From NCBI GenBank assembly GCA_964016885.1, contig OZ024741.1, forward strand, positions 11,098,001 through 11,162,000: DNA of 64,000 nt, written 5' to 3'. Source of the DNA: Eledone cirrhosa (Eukaryota). The position numbers and the translations under genes were made by a program. Under the pieces are notes generated by a model. The model saw nothing but the letters and a program-made list of their open reading frames with translations. It ran no database searches and was not told the origin of the DNA. Position 1 is the stretch's first letter; every line of letters starts with the position of its first letter. Shown here piece after piece: positions 14,448 to 27,904 of this stretch.

Positions 14448-15563
14448 ACTAGGGCTATAACTCCCCACTTGCCGATTTTGCAATGGGTAACCCCTGCTTG
14501 CCAAGGAAGACGTAAGATCTTCTTTGTATTCTTTTATCGCTTCCTTTATTTCCTTCCCCCCTCTCTCCTTAGTCCTTCTACCCCAGCTCTTCTCCTTTGT
14601 CGGCGTCTTTTCTCGCCCACCCGAGGCTGCCCTTTGGCCCCATGTAGCCTTAGTACCCCCCCCCCTCCCCTAGTCTATGATAGATTTGGCGGACTCCACC
14701 CTTTATAGCAGTTGGCTTAGACCCCGGATACTTGCCCCCTTTTTCCGACCGCTCCCACTATTCTCTGTGCCCTCTATATTTCTTAGTGGCACTTATGCCT
14801 TATTTTTTCGTTTCAGTATTTCTTGCTTCGCTTTTCTTCTGGGCGGGGTAGATTCTGAATTTATTTCTCCGTATTCTACCTTTATTTCGTACGAACTTTC
14901 ATGTAGCTTGATTTAGATCTTTTAGAGTTAGCATTAGTATATATTTTTCTCGGGACTCAGAATTATTATCTCGTACAAGTTCACTTTGCTGCACTGGGTC
15001 GTTGCTGGCCCGGGATGGAAACCTTTATTGTTTATTTCGTGGTAGTCTCTTTAGTATTTTGGCCCCTTTTGTTGACCCGTCACCGTATCATTTACGTACT
15101 TATACCTCTTAAAAGGGTCCTTGCCTATCCCGTCCCACCTAGTTCTTTTACTTATTTCGTTATTTCTTTATTTATTTATTTCTTTACTTCTTTCTTTCTT
15201 TCTTTATTTTATTCTAGCCTAACAATAGCCTGAGACCTAGGTCGTAGAATTTAATTTACTTTACTTTTTTCTTTACACTTATTTGCTTTTCTTCACTCTC
15301 AGTATTTTTCCTTCCTATATATTTCTACCCCCCATTGTTCTACCTACCGTTCCGACTTCCTCCCCCTCCCCCTCCCCTGTATCTTCTTTGACCTCATGCC
15401 CAGCTGTAGCTGGCACTACCAACGCTTGATTGGGTCTACTCCACCCCCTCCACCCTCTCCCCTCTTTCTCCTACTGGCAGGTTTAGCCACCATCTCCCCT
15501 ACTAATTAGCAACCACAGAATTACTACTGATTTTTGACAATCACTTTGACCATATATGGAATT

Positions 15564-15657
15564 ACCCCTTGAGAAGATCGGCTATTTAAATACCAGGATA
15601 AATTTTCATTTAGTCCAGAATTAGCCGTCGAAACGGCTTGAGCTCAGCTGTCGGGGT
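15564..15657 (+). ncRNA. Type I HHR, U3-A8 variant (family B, copy 3)
   Basis: Identical to 8477-8570. Confidence 0.85.
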
Positions 15658-15748
15658 CTTACTGGTTCCTATTACCCACTCTACTACCTCAAGTATTGAG
15701 TACTTTGGTGCGTTATGGTCCACCTGGTTCCTTACCACATTTCCTTCG

Positions 15749-15943
<195 letters not shown>

Positions 15944-15958
15944 TATACATATATATAC

Positions 15959-16021
<63 letters not shown>

Positions 16022-16022
<1 letters not shown>

Positions 16023-16130
16023 TTGAAGGCGCATGGCTGAGTGGTTAGAGAATTGGATTCACAATCTTGAGGCTGTGAGTTCGATTCCTGGACCGGGTGA
16101 TGCGTTATGTCCTTGAACAAGAAACTTTAT
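16022..16130 (+). mobile_element. tRNA-derived SINE head
   Basis: Only 2 mismatches to the reverse complement of 2013-2122; A and B boxes present. Confidence 0.8.
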
Positions 16131-16639
16131 TAACAATTTTTAATGAGCACTCATATATTCTAAACCATACATGCGATTTCTTTGAAATTTTTTGCAGAGC
16201 TTCTCTTTGCACAAAACCTCTACATGATCTACAAGGGCTTTCAAAAATCGAAGACATTAAATTGGAGACATTAAAAAAGTTTCGGTTATTTGTGTCAATT
16301 TTCGCGATTAAGTAAGACAGGAGTTATCTTTCGTCAATACAATAGAAACTCATTTTTGATGTTGTCAAAAATGTTGTTTTGGCATTTTGATTATTACAAT
16401 TCGCCTCATTCGGATTTTACTTTACTCTTTGTACTTGAAACAAAAGGTTTTACTGTTGTCAAAACAATTTATACTTAGACTGGATTTCTGTTGTTACATG
16501 GGATAACGGATGACACCGGGCTCACATATTAATTATTTCGCTGGAATAGTGCCTAAGGTTTTCATGTTTACATAAAGTACGTTTTTCTTCTATGTATTCA
16601 AATTTACTTTGTTTAGTTTAATGAGCTACATCAAAAGCT

Positions 16640-16674
16640 ACTTGAACCGTCCAAGGGACGGGTACTTTAGCTAG
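16640..16674 (+). mobile_element. Helitron 3' terminus (5' end not located)
   Basis: CCGTCC-AAG-GGACGG hairpin ~10 nt upstream of CTAG|T. Confidence 0.6.
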
Positions 16675-16690
16675 TATATATTTATATATA

Positions 16691-17518
16691 CTAGCAGCTG
16701 AGCCCGGTTGCACTCGGGGCCACTTTTCATTAACTTAATAATTTGAAAAATATTATTGAAAGTTTATTATAAAGAAGCAGTTTCAGGGAAAAAAATAGAA
16801 ATATGCACTTGGGGCTGGACGGCGTACAATGAGAAGTGAAGCGACGTGAAAAGCGTAGTTTATTAACAGCAGCGAAATAGCAATGTCGATGATATGCAAT
16901 TTGAAAAATACTACTTACTGTTAGTGGTGGTTAACATGTATTAGAATTAAAATAAAAACACGCGTCCCTTCTTCGCAATTTAAGGGTTTTATTTCTTTTG
17001 ATGGAAAACAGTGACCGTACTGCATAATTGATTTCATAAAACGGTACTGTATGATCGTTAAATGTAGAAGAATGATAGTTTATTAACAGCGAAATAGCAA
17101 TGTCGATGATATGCAAGTTTTAAAATGCATATTATGAAGGTTTGTATGATAGTTTACACTTTTTCCTGAAACTGCTTCTTTATAATAAACTTTCAATAAT
17201 ATTTTTCAAATTATTGGTACTGTATGTTAACAGCGAAAGAACGTTGATGAGTTTAAACATGTGTATGAAATTGTAAATAACTCAGCCAAGTATTAGAACA
17301 GGGGGAAATAACTCACCAAACACGATAGTAAATAGACCGTTTGGGGGGCCCTAGGGACCACATTTTTCAAGTTAGAGATTTGAAACCTCGTTTATTTGCT
17401 TCCTTGGCACTTTTTACATAGGTGTGTAAATGTTCATGTCCGTCCGACCACGTCTACTTCCATTTAACCGTGCACATCTGAATTTCAACCACCACCCATT
17501 TCACAAATATATATTAGA
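16691..17518 (-). mobile_element. Non-autonomous Helitron
   Basis: Minus strand begins TCTAATATATATTTGTG and ends with a CCCG...CGGG hairpin + CTGCTAG|T; internal inverted repeat 16737-16793/17160-17216. Confidence 0.7.
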
Positions 17519-17994
17519 CATATATATATATATATGTGTGTGTGTGTGTATATATATATATATGTATGTATACAAGTGGAAGCTTAGTATAATCGAAGCT
17601 TTGGCTGTGGCCAAGCAAAGTCGACCTACAATTAGGAATGAGTAGCAAAGCACTTAATAAGGGTAGGTCCTTAGAGTAATAACATTACGTTTAGATAGCT
17701 TGACAAATTGAAAATTTCGGCAGGCAAAACCCACCCATACAATACCAAGACAACGAAAAAAACTAATAGTTATGGTCGTGTATGTGAGCTGGAGTGTGTA
17801 TAATCACAAGCGCAATTATGCGTATGAATTGGAGGGCGTGTTAGTTGGGCAGAGTGACCGGCGTGCGAGCACACACACTCATCATAGCTAAATAGATAAC
17901 TGACCACTAGATATAAACAGATGATAATAAACACGTATAACTATCCAAACTATGTTATTTATACATTTGACAGATCTAGCGTGTGTGTGATGGA

Positions 17995-18062
<68 letters not shown>

Positions 18063-18064
18063 GA

Positions 18065-18142
<78 letters not shown>

Positions 18143-18213
18143 GAATATATATATATATATGTGTGTGTGGGTGTATTTGTGTGTGTGTGTGTGTGTGTGT
18201 GTGAGGGAATATG

Positions 18214-18247
<34 letters not shown>

Positions 18248-18711
18248 AGGGAATATATATATATTCATTTATTTATTCAATTTAAGCGTCCGTATAGAAC
18301 TAGTAAGCCATGACAGACTCAGGGAAGTATCGAGGAACTCCTTACAGTTAGTAATCAAAAAGAGTTAGTGAGACAATAAAAGGAAAAGAAAAAGAAAAGA
18401 AAAGAAAATGGAAAAAAAACAATAAAAACTAAAATAGAAATAAAAGAAATAGAAAAGGAGAAAACTAAAAATAACAAAAATAACATTCCAAATATTGAAG
18501 GAAGCCAATGAGTGTGTGTGTGTGTGTGGGGGGGGGGGGGTTATACATAAATAAACGAAAAGGAAAATAGGAAACAAGGGAAGCTGTAAAAGAGAAGATT
18601 GTGTTGAATATTTTCCTAGCTTCCATTTATTCCAATATTGGTAGTTTTTTAAAGATTGGTTTAAATATGGCCTCTCTCTCAGACTGATAGTTTCTACAAT
18701 GGAACAAATAA

Positions 18712-18816
18712 TTATTTCTACTTTTGGCACAAGGCCAGCAATTATCCCAGTGTATGACTGGTACTTTATTTTATCGACCTCGTAAGGTGGAAAGGCAAAG
18801 TTAACCTCGACGGAAT
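18712..18816 (-). mobile_element. SINE fragment (OK/OR-like octopus SINE body)
   Basis: GACTGGTACTTTATTTTATCGAC...GAAAGGCAAAGTTAACCTCG shared with 27905-28095, 53632-53780 and the 61-62 kb copies. Confidence 0.75.
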
Positions 18817-21800
18817 GCCAAAGAGTTTCTGGAGAGTCACCACAAGAACATAAAGGTGAATCTCTACGACCTATACTTGGTAGAATGTAGTACAAAGGTA
18901 ATGTCCAGTTCAAAGGTTTATGTCCAGTTCAAAGGTATATGTCCAGTTTAAAGGTATATGTTCAGTTCAAAGGTAATGTCCAGTTCAAAGGTATATGTCT
19001 AGTTCAAAGTAATGTCCAGTTCAATGGTATATGTTCAGTTCAAAGGTAATGTCCAGTTCAAAGGTAATGTCCAGTTCAAAGGTATATGTCCAGTTCAAAG
19101 GTATATGTCCAGTTCAAAGGTAATGTCCAGTTCAAAGGTATATGTCCAGTTCAAAGGTATATGTCCAGTTCAAAGGTAATGTCCAGTTCAAAGGTATATG
19201 TCCAGTTCAAAGGTGATGTCCAGTTCAAAGGTATATGTCCAGTTCAAAGGTATATGTCCAGTTCAAAGGTAATGTCCAGTTCAAAGGTATATGTCCAGTT
19301 CAAAGGTATATGTCCAGTTCAAAGGTAATGTCCAGTTCAAAGGTATATGTCCAGTTCAAAGGTATATGTCCAGTTCAAAGGTAATGTCCAGTTCAATGGT
19401 ATATGTCCAATTCAAAGGTAATATCCAGTTCAAAGGTATATGTCCAGTTCAAAGGTATATGTCCAGTTCAAAGGTAATGTCCAGTTCAAAGGTATATGTC
19501 CAGTTCAAAGGTATATGTCCAGTTCAAATGTAATGTCCAGTTCAAAGGTAATGTCCAGTTCAATGGTATATGTCCAGTTCAAAGGTAATGTCCAGTTCAA
19601 AGGTATATGTCCAGTTCAAAGGTATATGTCCAGTTCAAAGGTAATGTCCAGTTCAAAGGTATATGTCCAGTTCAAAGGTAATGTCCAGTTCAAAGGTAAT
19701 GTCCAGTTTAAAGGTATATGTCCAGTTCAAAGGTATATGTCCAGTTCAAAGGTATATGTCCAGTTCAAAGGTAATGTCCAGTTCAAAGGTATATGTCCAG
19801 TTCAAAGGTAATGTCCAGTTCAAAAGTATATGTCCCGTTCAAAGGTAATGTCCAGTTCAATGGTATATGTCCAGTTCAAAGGTATATGTCCAGTTCAAAG
19901 GTATATGTCCAGTTCAAAGGTATATGTCCAGTTCAAAGGTAATGTCCAGTTCAAAGGTATATGTCCAGTTCAAAGGTATATGTCCAGTTCAAAGGTAATG
20001 TCCAGTTCAAAGGTATATGTCCAGTTCAAAGGTATATGTCCAGTTCAAAGGTAATGTCCAGTTCAATGGTATATGTCCAGTTCAAAGGCATATGTCCAGT
20101 TCAAAGGTAATGTCCAGTTCAATGGTATATGTCCAGTTCAAAGGTAATGTCCAGTTCAAAGGTATATGTCCAGTTCAAAGGTATATGTCCAGTTCAAAGG
20201 TAATGTCCAGTTCAAAGGTATATGTCCAGTTCAAAGGTATATGTCCAGTTCAAAAGTAATGTCCAGTTCAAAAGTGTATGTCCAGTTCAAAGGTATATGT
20301 CCAGTTCAAAAGTGTATGTCCAGTTCAAAGGTAATGTCCAGTTTAAAGGTATATGTCCAGTTCAAAGGTATATGTCCAGTTCAAAGGTATATGTCCAGTT
20401 CAAAGGTAATGTCCAGTTCAATGGTATATGTCCAGTTCAAAGGTAATGTCCAGTTCAAATGTATATGTCCAGTTCAAAGGTATATGTCCAATTCAAAGGT
20501 AATGTCCAGTTCAAATGTATATGTCCAGTTCAAACGTAATGTCCAGTTCAAAGGTATATGTCCAGTTCAAAGGTAATGTCCAGTTCAATGGTATATGTCC
20601 AGTTCAAAGGTAATGTCCAGTTCAAAGGTATATGTCCAGTTCAAAGGTATATGTCCAGTTCAAAGGTATATGTCCAGTTCAAAGGTAATGTCCAGTTCAA
20701 AGGTAATGTCCAGTTCAATGGTATATGTCCAGTTCAAAGGTAATGTCCAGTTCAAAGGTATATGTCCAGTTCAAAGGTATATGTCCAGTTCAAAGGTAAT
20801 GTCCAGTTCAAAGGTATATGTCCAGTTCAAAGGTAATGTCCAGTTCAAAGGTATATGTCCAGTTCAAAGGTAATGTCCAGTTTAAAGGTATATGTCCAGT
20901 TCAAAGGTAATGTCCAGTTCAAAGGTATATGTCCAGTTCAAAGGTAATGTCCAGTTCAATGGTATATGTCCAGTTCAAAGGTAATGTCCAGTTCAAAGGT
21001 ATATGCCCAGTTCAAAGGTATATGTCCAGTTCAAAGGTAATGTCCAGTTCAAAGGTATATGTCTAGTTCAAAGGTATATGTCCAGTTCAAAAGTAATGTC
21101 CAGTTCAAAAGTGTATGTCCAGTTCAAAGGTATATGTCCAGTTCAAAAGTGTATGTCCAGTTCAAAGGTAATGTCCAGTTTAAAGGTATATGTCCAGTTC
21201 AAAGGTATATGTCCAGTTCAAAGGTATATGTCCAGTTCAAAGGTAATGTCCAGTTCAATGGTATATGTCCAGTTCAAAGGTAATGTCCAGTTCAAAGGTA
21301 ATGTCCAGTTCAAAGGTATATGTCCAGTTCAAAGGTATATGTCCAGTTCAAAGGTATATGTCCAGTTCAAAGGTAATGTCCAGTTCAAAGGTATATGTCC
21401 AGTTCAAAGGTATATGTCCAGTTCAAATGTAATGTCCAGTTCAAAGGTAATGTCCAGTTCAATGGTATATGTCCAGTTCAAAGGTAATGTCCAGTTCAAA
21501 GGTATATGTCCAGTTCAAAGGTATATGTCCAGTTCAAAGGTAATGTCCAGTTCAAAGGTATATGTCCAGTTTAAAGGTATATGTCCAGTTCAAAGGTAAT
21601 GTCCAGTTCAAAGGTAATGTCCAGTTTAAAGGTATATGTCCAGTTCAAAGGTATATGTCCAGTTCAAAGGTATATGTCCAGTTCAAAGGTAATGTCCAGT
21701 TCAAAGGTGTATGTCCAGTTCAAAGGTAATGTCCAGTTCAAAAGTATATGTCCCGTTCAAAGGTAATGTCCAGTTCAATGGTATATGTCCAGTTCAAAGG

Positions 21801-24800
21801 TATATGTCCAGTTCAAAGGTATATGTCCAGTTCAAAGGTATATGTCCAGTTCAAAGGTAATGTCCAGTTCAAAGGTATATGTCCAGTTCAAAGGTATATG
21901 TCCAGTTCAAAGGTAATGTCCAGTTCAAAGGTATATGTCCAGTTCAAAGGTATATGTCCAGTTCAAAGGTAATGTCCAGTTCAATGGTATATGTCCAGTT
22001 CAAAGGTATATGTCCAGTTCAAAGGTAATGTCCAGTTCAATGGTATATGTCCAGTTCAAAGGTAATGTCCAGTTCAAAGGTATATGTCCAGTTCAAAGGT
22101 ATATGTCCAGTTCAAAGGTATATGTCCAGTTCAAAGGTATATGTCCAGTTCAAAGGTATATGTCCAGTTCAAAAGTAATGTCCAGTTCAAAAGTGTATGT
22201 CCAGTTCAAAGGTATATGTCCAGTTCAAAAGTGTATGTCCAGTTCAAAGGTAATGTCCAGTTTAAAGGTATATGTCCAGTTCAAAGGTATATGTCCAGTT
22301 CAAAGGTATATGTCCAGTTCAAAGGTAATGTCCAGTTCAATGGTATATGCCCAGTTCAAAGGTAATGTCCAGTTCAAAGGTATATGTCCAGTTCAAAGGT
22401 ATATGTCCAGTTCAAAGGTAATGTCCAGTTCAAAGGTATATGTCCAGTTCAAAGGTATATGTCCAGTTCAAAGGTAATGTCCAGTTCAAAGGTATATGTC
22501 CAGTTCAAAGGTATATGTCCAGTTCAAAAGTAATGTCCAGTTCAAAAGTGTATGTCCAGTTCAAAGGTATATGTCCAGTTCAAAAGTGTATGTCCAGTTC
22601 AAAGGTAATGTCCAGTTTAAAGGTATATGTCCAGTTCAAAGGTATATGTCCAGTTCAAAGGTATATGTCCAGTTCAAAGGTAATGTCCAGTTCAATGGTA
22701 TATGTCCAGTTCAAAGGTAATGTCCAGTTCAAAGGTATATGTCCAGTTCAAAGGTATATGTCCAGTTCAAAGGTAATGTCCAGTTCAAATGTATATGTCC
22801 AGTTCAAACGTAATGTCCAGTTCAAAGGTATATGTCCAGTTCAAAGGTAATGTCCAGTTCAATGGTATATGTCCAGTTCAAAGGTAATGTCCAGTTCAAA
22901 GGTATATGTCCAGTTCAAAGGTATATGTCCAGTTCAAAGGTATATGTCCAGTTCAAAGGTAATGTCCAGTTCAAAGGTAATGTCCAGTTCAATGGTATAT
23001 GTCCAGTTCAAAGGTAATGTCCAGTTCAAAGGTATATGTCCAGTTCAAATGTATATGTCCAGTTCAAAGGTAATGTCCAGTTCAAAGGTATATGTCCAGT
23101 TCAAAGGTAATGTCCAGTTCAAAGGTATATGTCCAGTTCAAAGGTAATGTCCAGTTTAAAGGTATATGTCCAGTTCAAAGGTATATGTCCAATTCAAAGG
23201 TAATGTCCAGTTCAAAGATATATGTCCAGTTCAAAGGTAATGTCCAGTTCAAAGGTATATGCCCAGTTCAAAGGTATATGTCCAGTTCAAAGGTAATGTC
23301 CAGTTCAAAGGTATTTGTCCAGTTCAAAGGTATATGTCCAGTTCAAAAGTAATGTCCAGTTCAAAAGTGTATGTCCAGTTCAAGGGTATATGTCCGGTTC
23401 AAAAGTGTATGTCCAGTTCAAAGGTAATGTCCAGTTTAAAGGTATATGTCCAGTTCAAAGGTATATGTCCAGTTCAAAGGTATATGTCCAGTTCAAAGGT
23501 AATGTCCAGTTCAATGGTATATGTCCAGTTCAAAGGTAATGTCCAGTTCAAAGGTAATGTCCAGTTCAAAGGTATATGTCCAGTTCAAAGGTATATGTCC
23601 AGTTCAAAGGTAATGTCCAGTTCAAAGGTATATGTCCAGTTCAAAGGTATATGTCCAGTTCAAAGGTAATGTCCAGTTCAAAGGTATATGTCCAGTTCAA
23701 AGGTATATGTCCAGTTCAAATGTAATGTCCAGTTCAGAGGTAATGTCCAGTTCAATGGTATATGTCCAGTTCAAAGGTAATGTCCAGTTCAAAGGTATAT
23801 GTCCAGTTCAAAGGTATATGTCCAGTTCAAAGGTAATGTCCAGTTCAAAGGTATATGTCCAGTTTAAAGGTATATGTCCAGTTCAAAGGTAATGTCCAGT
23901 TCAAAGGTAATGTCCAGTTTAAAGGTATATGTCCAGTTCAAAGGTATATGTCCAGTTCAAAGGTATATGTCCAGTTCAAAGGTATATGTCCAGTTCAAAG
24001 GTAATGTCCAGTTCAAAGGTGTATATCCAGTTCAAAGGTAATGTCCAGTTCAAAAGTATATGTCCCGTTCAAAGGTAATGTCCAGTTCAATGGTATATGT
24101 CCAGTTCAAAGGTATATGTCCAGTTCAAAGGTATATGTCCAGTTCAAAGGTATATGTCCAGTTCAAAGGTAATGTCCAGTTCAAAGGTATATGTCCAGTT
24201 CAAAGGTATATGTCCAGTTCAAAGGTAATGTCCAGTTCAAAGGTATATGTCCAGTTTAAAGGTATATGTCCAGTTCAAAGGTAATGTCCAGTTCAAAGGT
24301 AATGTCCAGTTTAAAGGTATATGTCCAGTTCAAAGGTATATGTCCAGTTCAAAGGTATATGTCCAGTTCAAAGGTATATGTCCAGTTCAAAGGTAATGTC
24401 CAGTTCAAAGGTGTATATCCAGTTCAAAGGTAATGTCCAGTTCAAAAGTATATGTCCCGTTCAAAGGTAATGTCCAGTTCAATGGTATATGTCCAGTTCA
24501 AAGGTATATGTCCAGTTCAAAGGTATATGTCCAGTTCAAAGGTATATGTCCAGTTCAAAGGTAATGTCCAGTTCAAAGGTATATGTCCAGTTCAAAGGTA
24601 TATGTCCAGTTCAACGTTAATGTCCAGTTCAAAGGTATATGTCCAGTTCAAAGGTATATGTCCAGTTCAAAGGTAATGTCCAGTTCAATGGTATATGTCC
24701 AGTTCAAAGGTATATGTCCAGTTCAAAGGTAATGTCCAGTTCAATGGTATATGTCCAGTTCAAAGGTAATGTCCAGTTCAAAGGTATATGTCCAGTTCAA

Positions 24801-26990
24801 AGGTATATGTCCAGTTCAAAGGTAATGTCCAGTTCAAAGGTATATGTCCAGTTCAAATGTATATGTCCAGTTCAAAAGTAATGTCCAGTTCAAAAGTGTA
24901 TGTCCAGTTCAAAGGTATATGTCCAGTTCAAAAGTGTATGTCCAGTTCAAAGGTAATGTCCAGTTTAAAGGTATATGTCCAGTTCAAAGGTATATGTCCA
25001 GTTCAAAGGTATATGTCCAGTTCAAAGGTAATGTCCAGTTCAATGGTATATGCCCAGTTCAAAGGTAATGTCCAGTTCAAAGGTATATGTCCAGTTCAAA
25101 GGTATATGTCCAGTTCAAAGGTAATGTCCAGTTCAAATGTATATGTCCAGTTCAAACGTAATGTCCAGTTCAAAGGTATATGTCCAGTTCAAAGGTAATG
25201 TCCAGTTCAATGGTATATGTCCAGTTCAAAGGTAATGTCCAGTTCAAAGGTATATGTCCAGTTCAAAGGTATATGTCCAGTTCAAAGGTATATGTCCAGT
25301 TCAAAGGTAATGTCCAGTTCAAAGGTAATGTCCAGTTCAATGGTATATGTCCAGTTCAAAGGTATATGTCCAGTTCAAAGGTATATGTCCAGTTCAAAGG
25401 TAATGTCCAGTTCAAAGGTATATGTCCAGTTCAAAGGTAATGTCCAGTTCAAAGGTATATGTCCAGTTCAAAGGTAATGTCCAGTTTAAAGGTATATGTC
25501 CAGTTCAAAGGTATATGTCCAGTTCAAAGGTAATGTCCAGTTCAAAGGTATATGTCCAGTTCAAAGGTAATGTCCAGTTCAATGGTATATGTCCAGTTCA
25601 AAGGTAATGTCCAGTTCAAAGGTATATGCCCAGTTCAAAGGTATATGTCCAGTTCAAAGGTAATGTCCAGTTCAAAGGTATATGTCCAGTTCAAAGGTAT
25701 ATGTCCAGTTCAAAAGTAATGTCCAGTTCAAAAGTGTATGTCCAGTTCAAAGGTATATGTCCAGTTCAAAAGTGTATGTCCAGTTCAAAGGTAATGTCCA
25801 GTTTAAAGGTATATGTCCAGTTCAAAGGTATATGTCCAGTTCAAAGGTATATGTCCAGTTCAAAGGTAATGTCCAGTTCAATGGTATATGTCCAGTTCAA
25901 AGGTAATGTCCAGTTCAAAGGTAATGTCCAGTTCAAAGGTATATGTCCAGTTCAAAGGTATATGTCCAGTTCAAAGGTATATGTCCAGTTCAAAGGTAAT
26001 GTCCAGTTCAAAGGTAATGTCCAGTTCAAAGGTAATGTCCAGTTCAAAGGTATATGTCCAGTTCAAAGGTATATGTCCAGTTCAAAGGTATATGTCCAGT
26101 TCAAAGGTATATGTCCAGTTCAAAGGTAATGTCCAGTTCAAAGGTATATGTCCAGTTCAAAGGTATATGTACAGTTCAAAAGTAATGTCCAGTTCAAAAG
26201 TGTATGTCCAGTTCAAAGGTATATGTCCAGTTCAAAAGTGTATGTCCAGTTCAAAAGTAATGTCCAGTTTAAAGGTATATGTCCAGTTCAAAGGTATATG
26301 TCCAGTTGGAAGCCAGCATAGTATATTTTTATTTGCATTACTCTATGATTGATAAGTTTTAAATGTTGTCAAATATGGTTGAGAAAGTGGGGGAACTGAA
26401 ATTTGTGAGCTTATCTCTGGATTTTTCCCAAAATGTTTCCCACCTTTGACTAATTATTTGTTTGCTAAATTATTTTATCTGTGAAAGATATCCAAATCAC
26501 TGTTATTTCTTTATTATTTTCTCAGAAGTAGTTATCTATTTTAACAGAAAGTTCTCAATATCCGTAACCTGGCCCCTTTTTCTTGGCTGAAGCAGTTCTA
26601 GGTTTGATAGACTATCAGTAAATAGAAAACCATTTTCCCAGAGCAATTCCATAGCTGAATCTATGGATAATGTAACTCCCCCCCATTCTTCCTCACATAT
26701 AGTGTAATCCTGATGTAATCTCAAGTTCATATCTCTATAATTATTTTTGAAGGACCAAGTAGCTCCACAGTCCACACCCTTGTCTGAATGTCACCCGTCT
26801 GTGTAGCAGACCCAGCTGTTAAAAGATATTGACTGTTATAGTGTTATGGAGTTCTTTTGCTTCCCCTTTTGTCTTTTTCATCACTATTTTAAACGATTTT
26901 AATAGTTCTATCTATGGAGGAAGTCAAGTATTATGCTGTTTTTTTTTTTGCATTTAAACTGAGCAGTTAGCAATTTGCGTTTCCATGATT
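18817..26990 (-). pseudogene. Decayed I-group (I/Nimb/Loa-like) LINE ORF2 C-terminus (RNase H + zinc knuckle) split by a 7.4-kb satellite
   Basis: Minus strand: VCYTDG*HSDKGVDCGA...FLFTDSLSNL (RNase H), QRWETFWEK, ILCWLPTGH at the right satellite edge, resuming PLYYILPSIGRRDSPLCSCGDSPETLWH at the left edge. Confidence 0.8.
18893..26308. repeat. Satellite of mixed 18/19-bp units TGTCCAGTTCAAAGGTA(T)A, ~400 copies, with ~2.3-kb higher-order structure
   Basis: Direct reading; rare variants CAAACGTAAT (~20531, 22805, 25153) and ATGCCCAG (21003, 23259, 25626) recur at ~2.3-kb spacing. Confidence 0.97.
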
Positions 26991-27001
26991 CTATATATAA
27001 A

Positions 27002-27901
27002 CTAGCAGTAAAGCCCGGCGTTGCTCGGAGTTGTCCAGTAGCTGTGTTAAAGTTACAATGTTAAGTTCCCTTCTTGGCTTAAAAACTGTAGAGTCTACAG
27101 TGTAGACTTTCATGTGGTACTTTTGATTAATATTCCCTCAACCAACTGTATGCCTTATGAAGTTAAGAAAACATAACCATAACCCGAATGTTAAAACAAA
27201 AGAGGATGCTGGGGATAAAAACTGCACTGGTTATCTATTAACAAAAATCGAAAATGTAAACACTGCAACACTTGTCTCAGAGAAAAACATCAGCGTAACC
27301 AAACTATCAGTTATTTTGAAACAAAGAAATTGGATGGACATGAAAAACAAAAAAAAGATGCGTTATCTGTCTGTCGTTTAAAATCATTGCTTCTAAATGA
27401 AAATCTCATAAGGCTTTATTCGAGATCAATGCTTGTTTTACGGTGTATTCAAATAGGCTTATTTTCAAGTAAAAATATTGTATTAAAAGACTTTTTAATG
27501 GAAATGAAGCAAAATGGAAGCTTAATGTTGAAACTTCGAACTCATGAATTTTGCAGGTTAAAATTTTGCTGGTCCGAAAACTCTTCGCGTATTTTTGTAC
27601 TTTTGCACGCGTCGTATATTCGTAACGTAAATAGATAGACAGAATGACGCCATAAAAGGGAAATAACTCGTCTCTCATCTCTATTTATACATTTGAACTG
27701 AAAAATCAATACATTACAAATTCGATTTTTGCACTTGGCGTGGGTCGATTTGAAAATTTTTTTGACCGATGTCTCCGTCGGACCTTCATCTATAAATGCA
27801 GCAATTTCACCAACATGTGAACGTACGGTTTAGGAGATGTGTGCGAACCTTTTAGTAGACAGACAGACAGGCGGACAACCTCAGTTTTATATATATAAAG
27901 A
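27002..27901 (-). mobile_element. Non-autonomous Helitron (Lep1-like architecture)
   Basis: A|TCTTTATATATATAAAAC 5' end, (GTCT)n near the 5' end, CCGAGCAACGCCGG hairpin + CTGCTAG|T 3' end, inserted between A and T. Confidence 0.8.
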
Positions 27902-27904
27902 TAA

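Noticed and set aside
16022-16100. Functional tRNA gene
   Set aside because: A and B boxes are present, but I could not form a clean acceptor stem and it continues into SINE body sequence
17570-17645. KWKLSIIEALAVAKQSRPTIRN as a GIY-YIG C-terminal remnant
   Set aside because: Too short, and no HHR or second copy was found to support it
19086-26352. Many MSSSKV/VQFKG ORFs as a repetitive protein gene
   Set aside because: They are frame-shifting translations of an 18/19-bp satellite with no sustained frame
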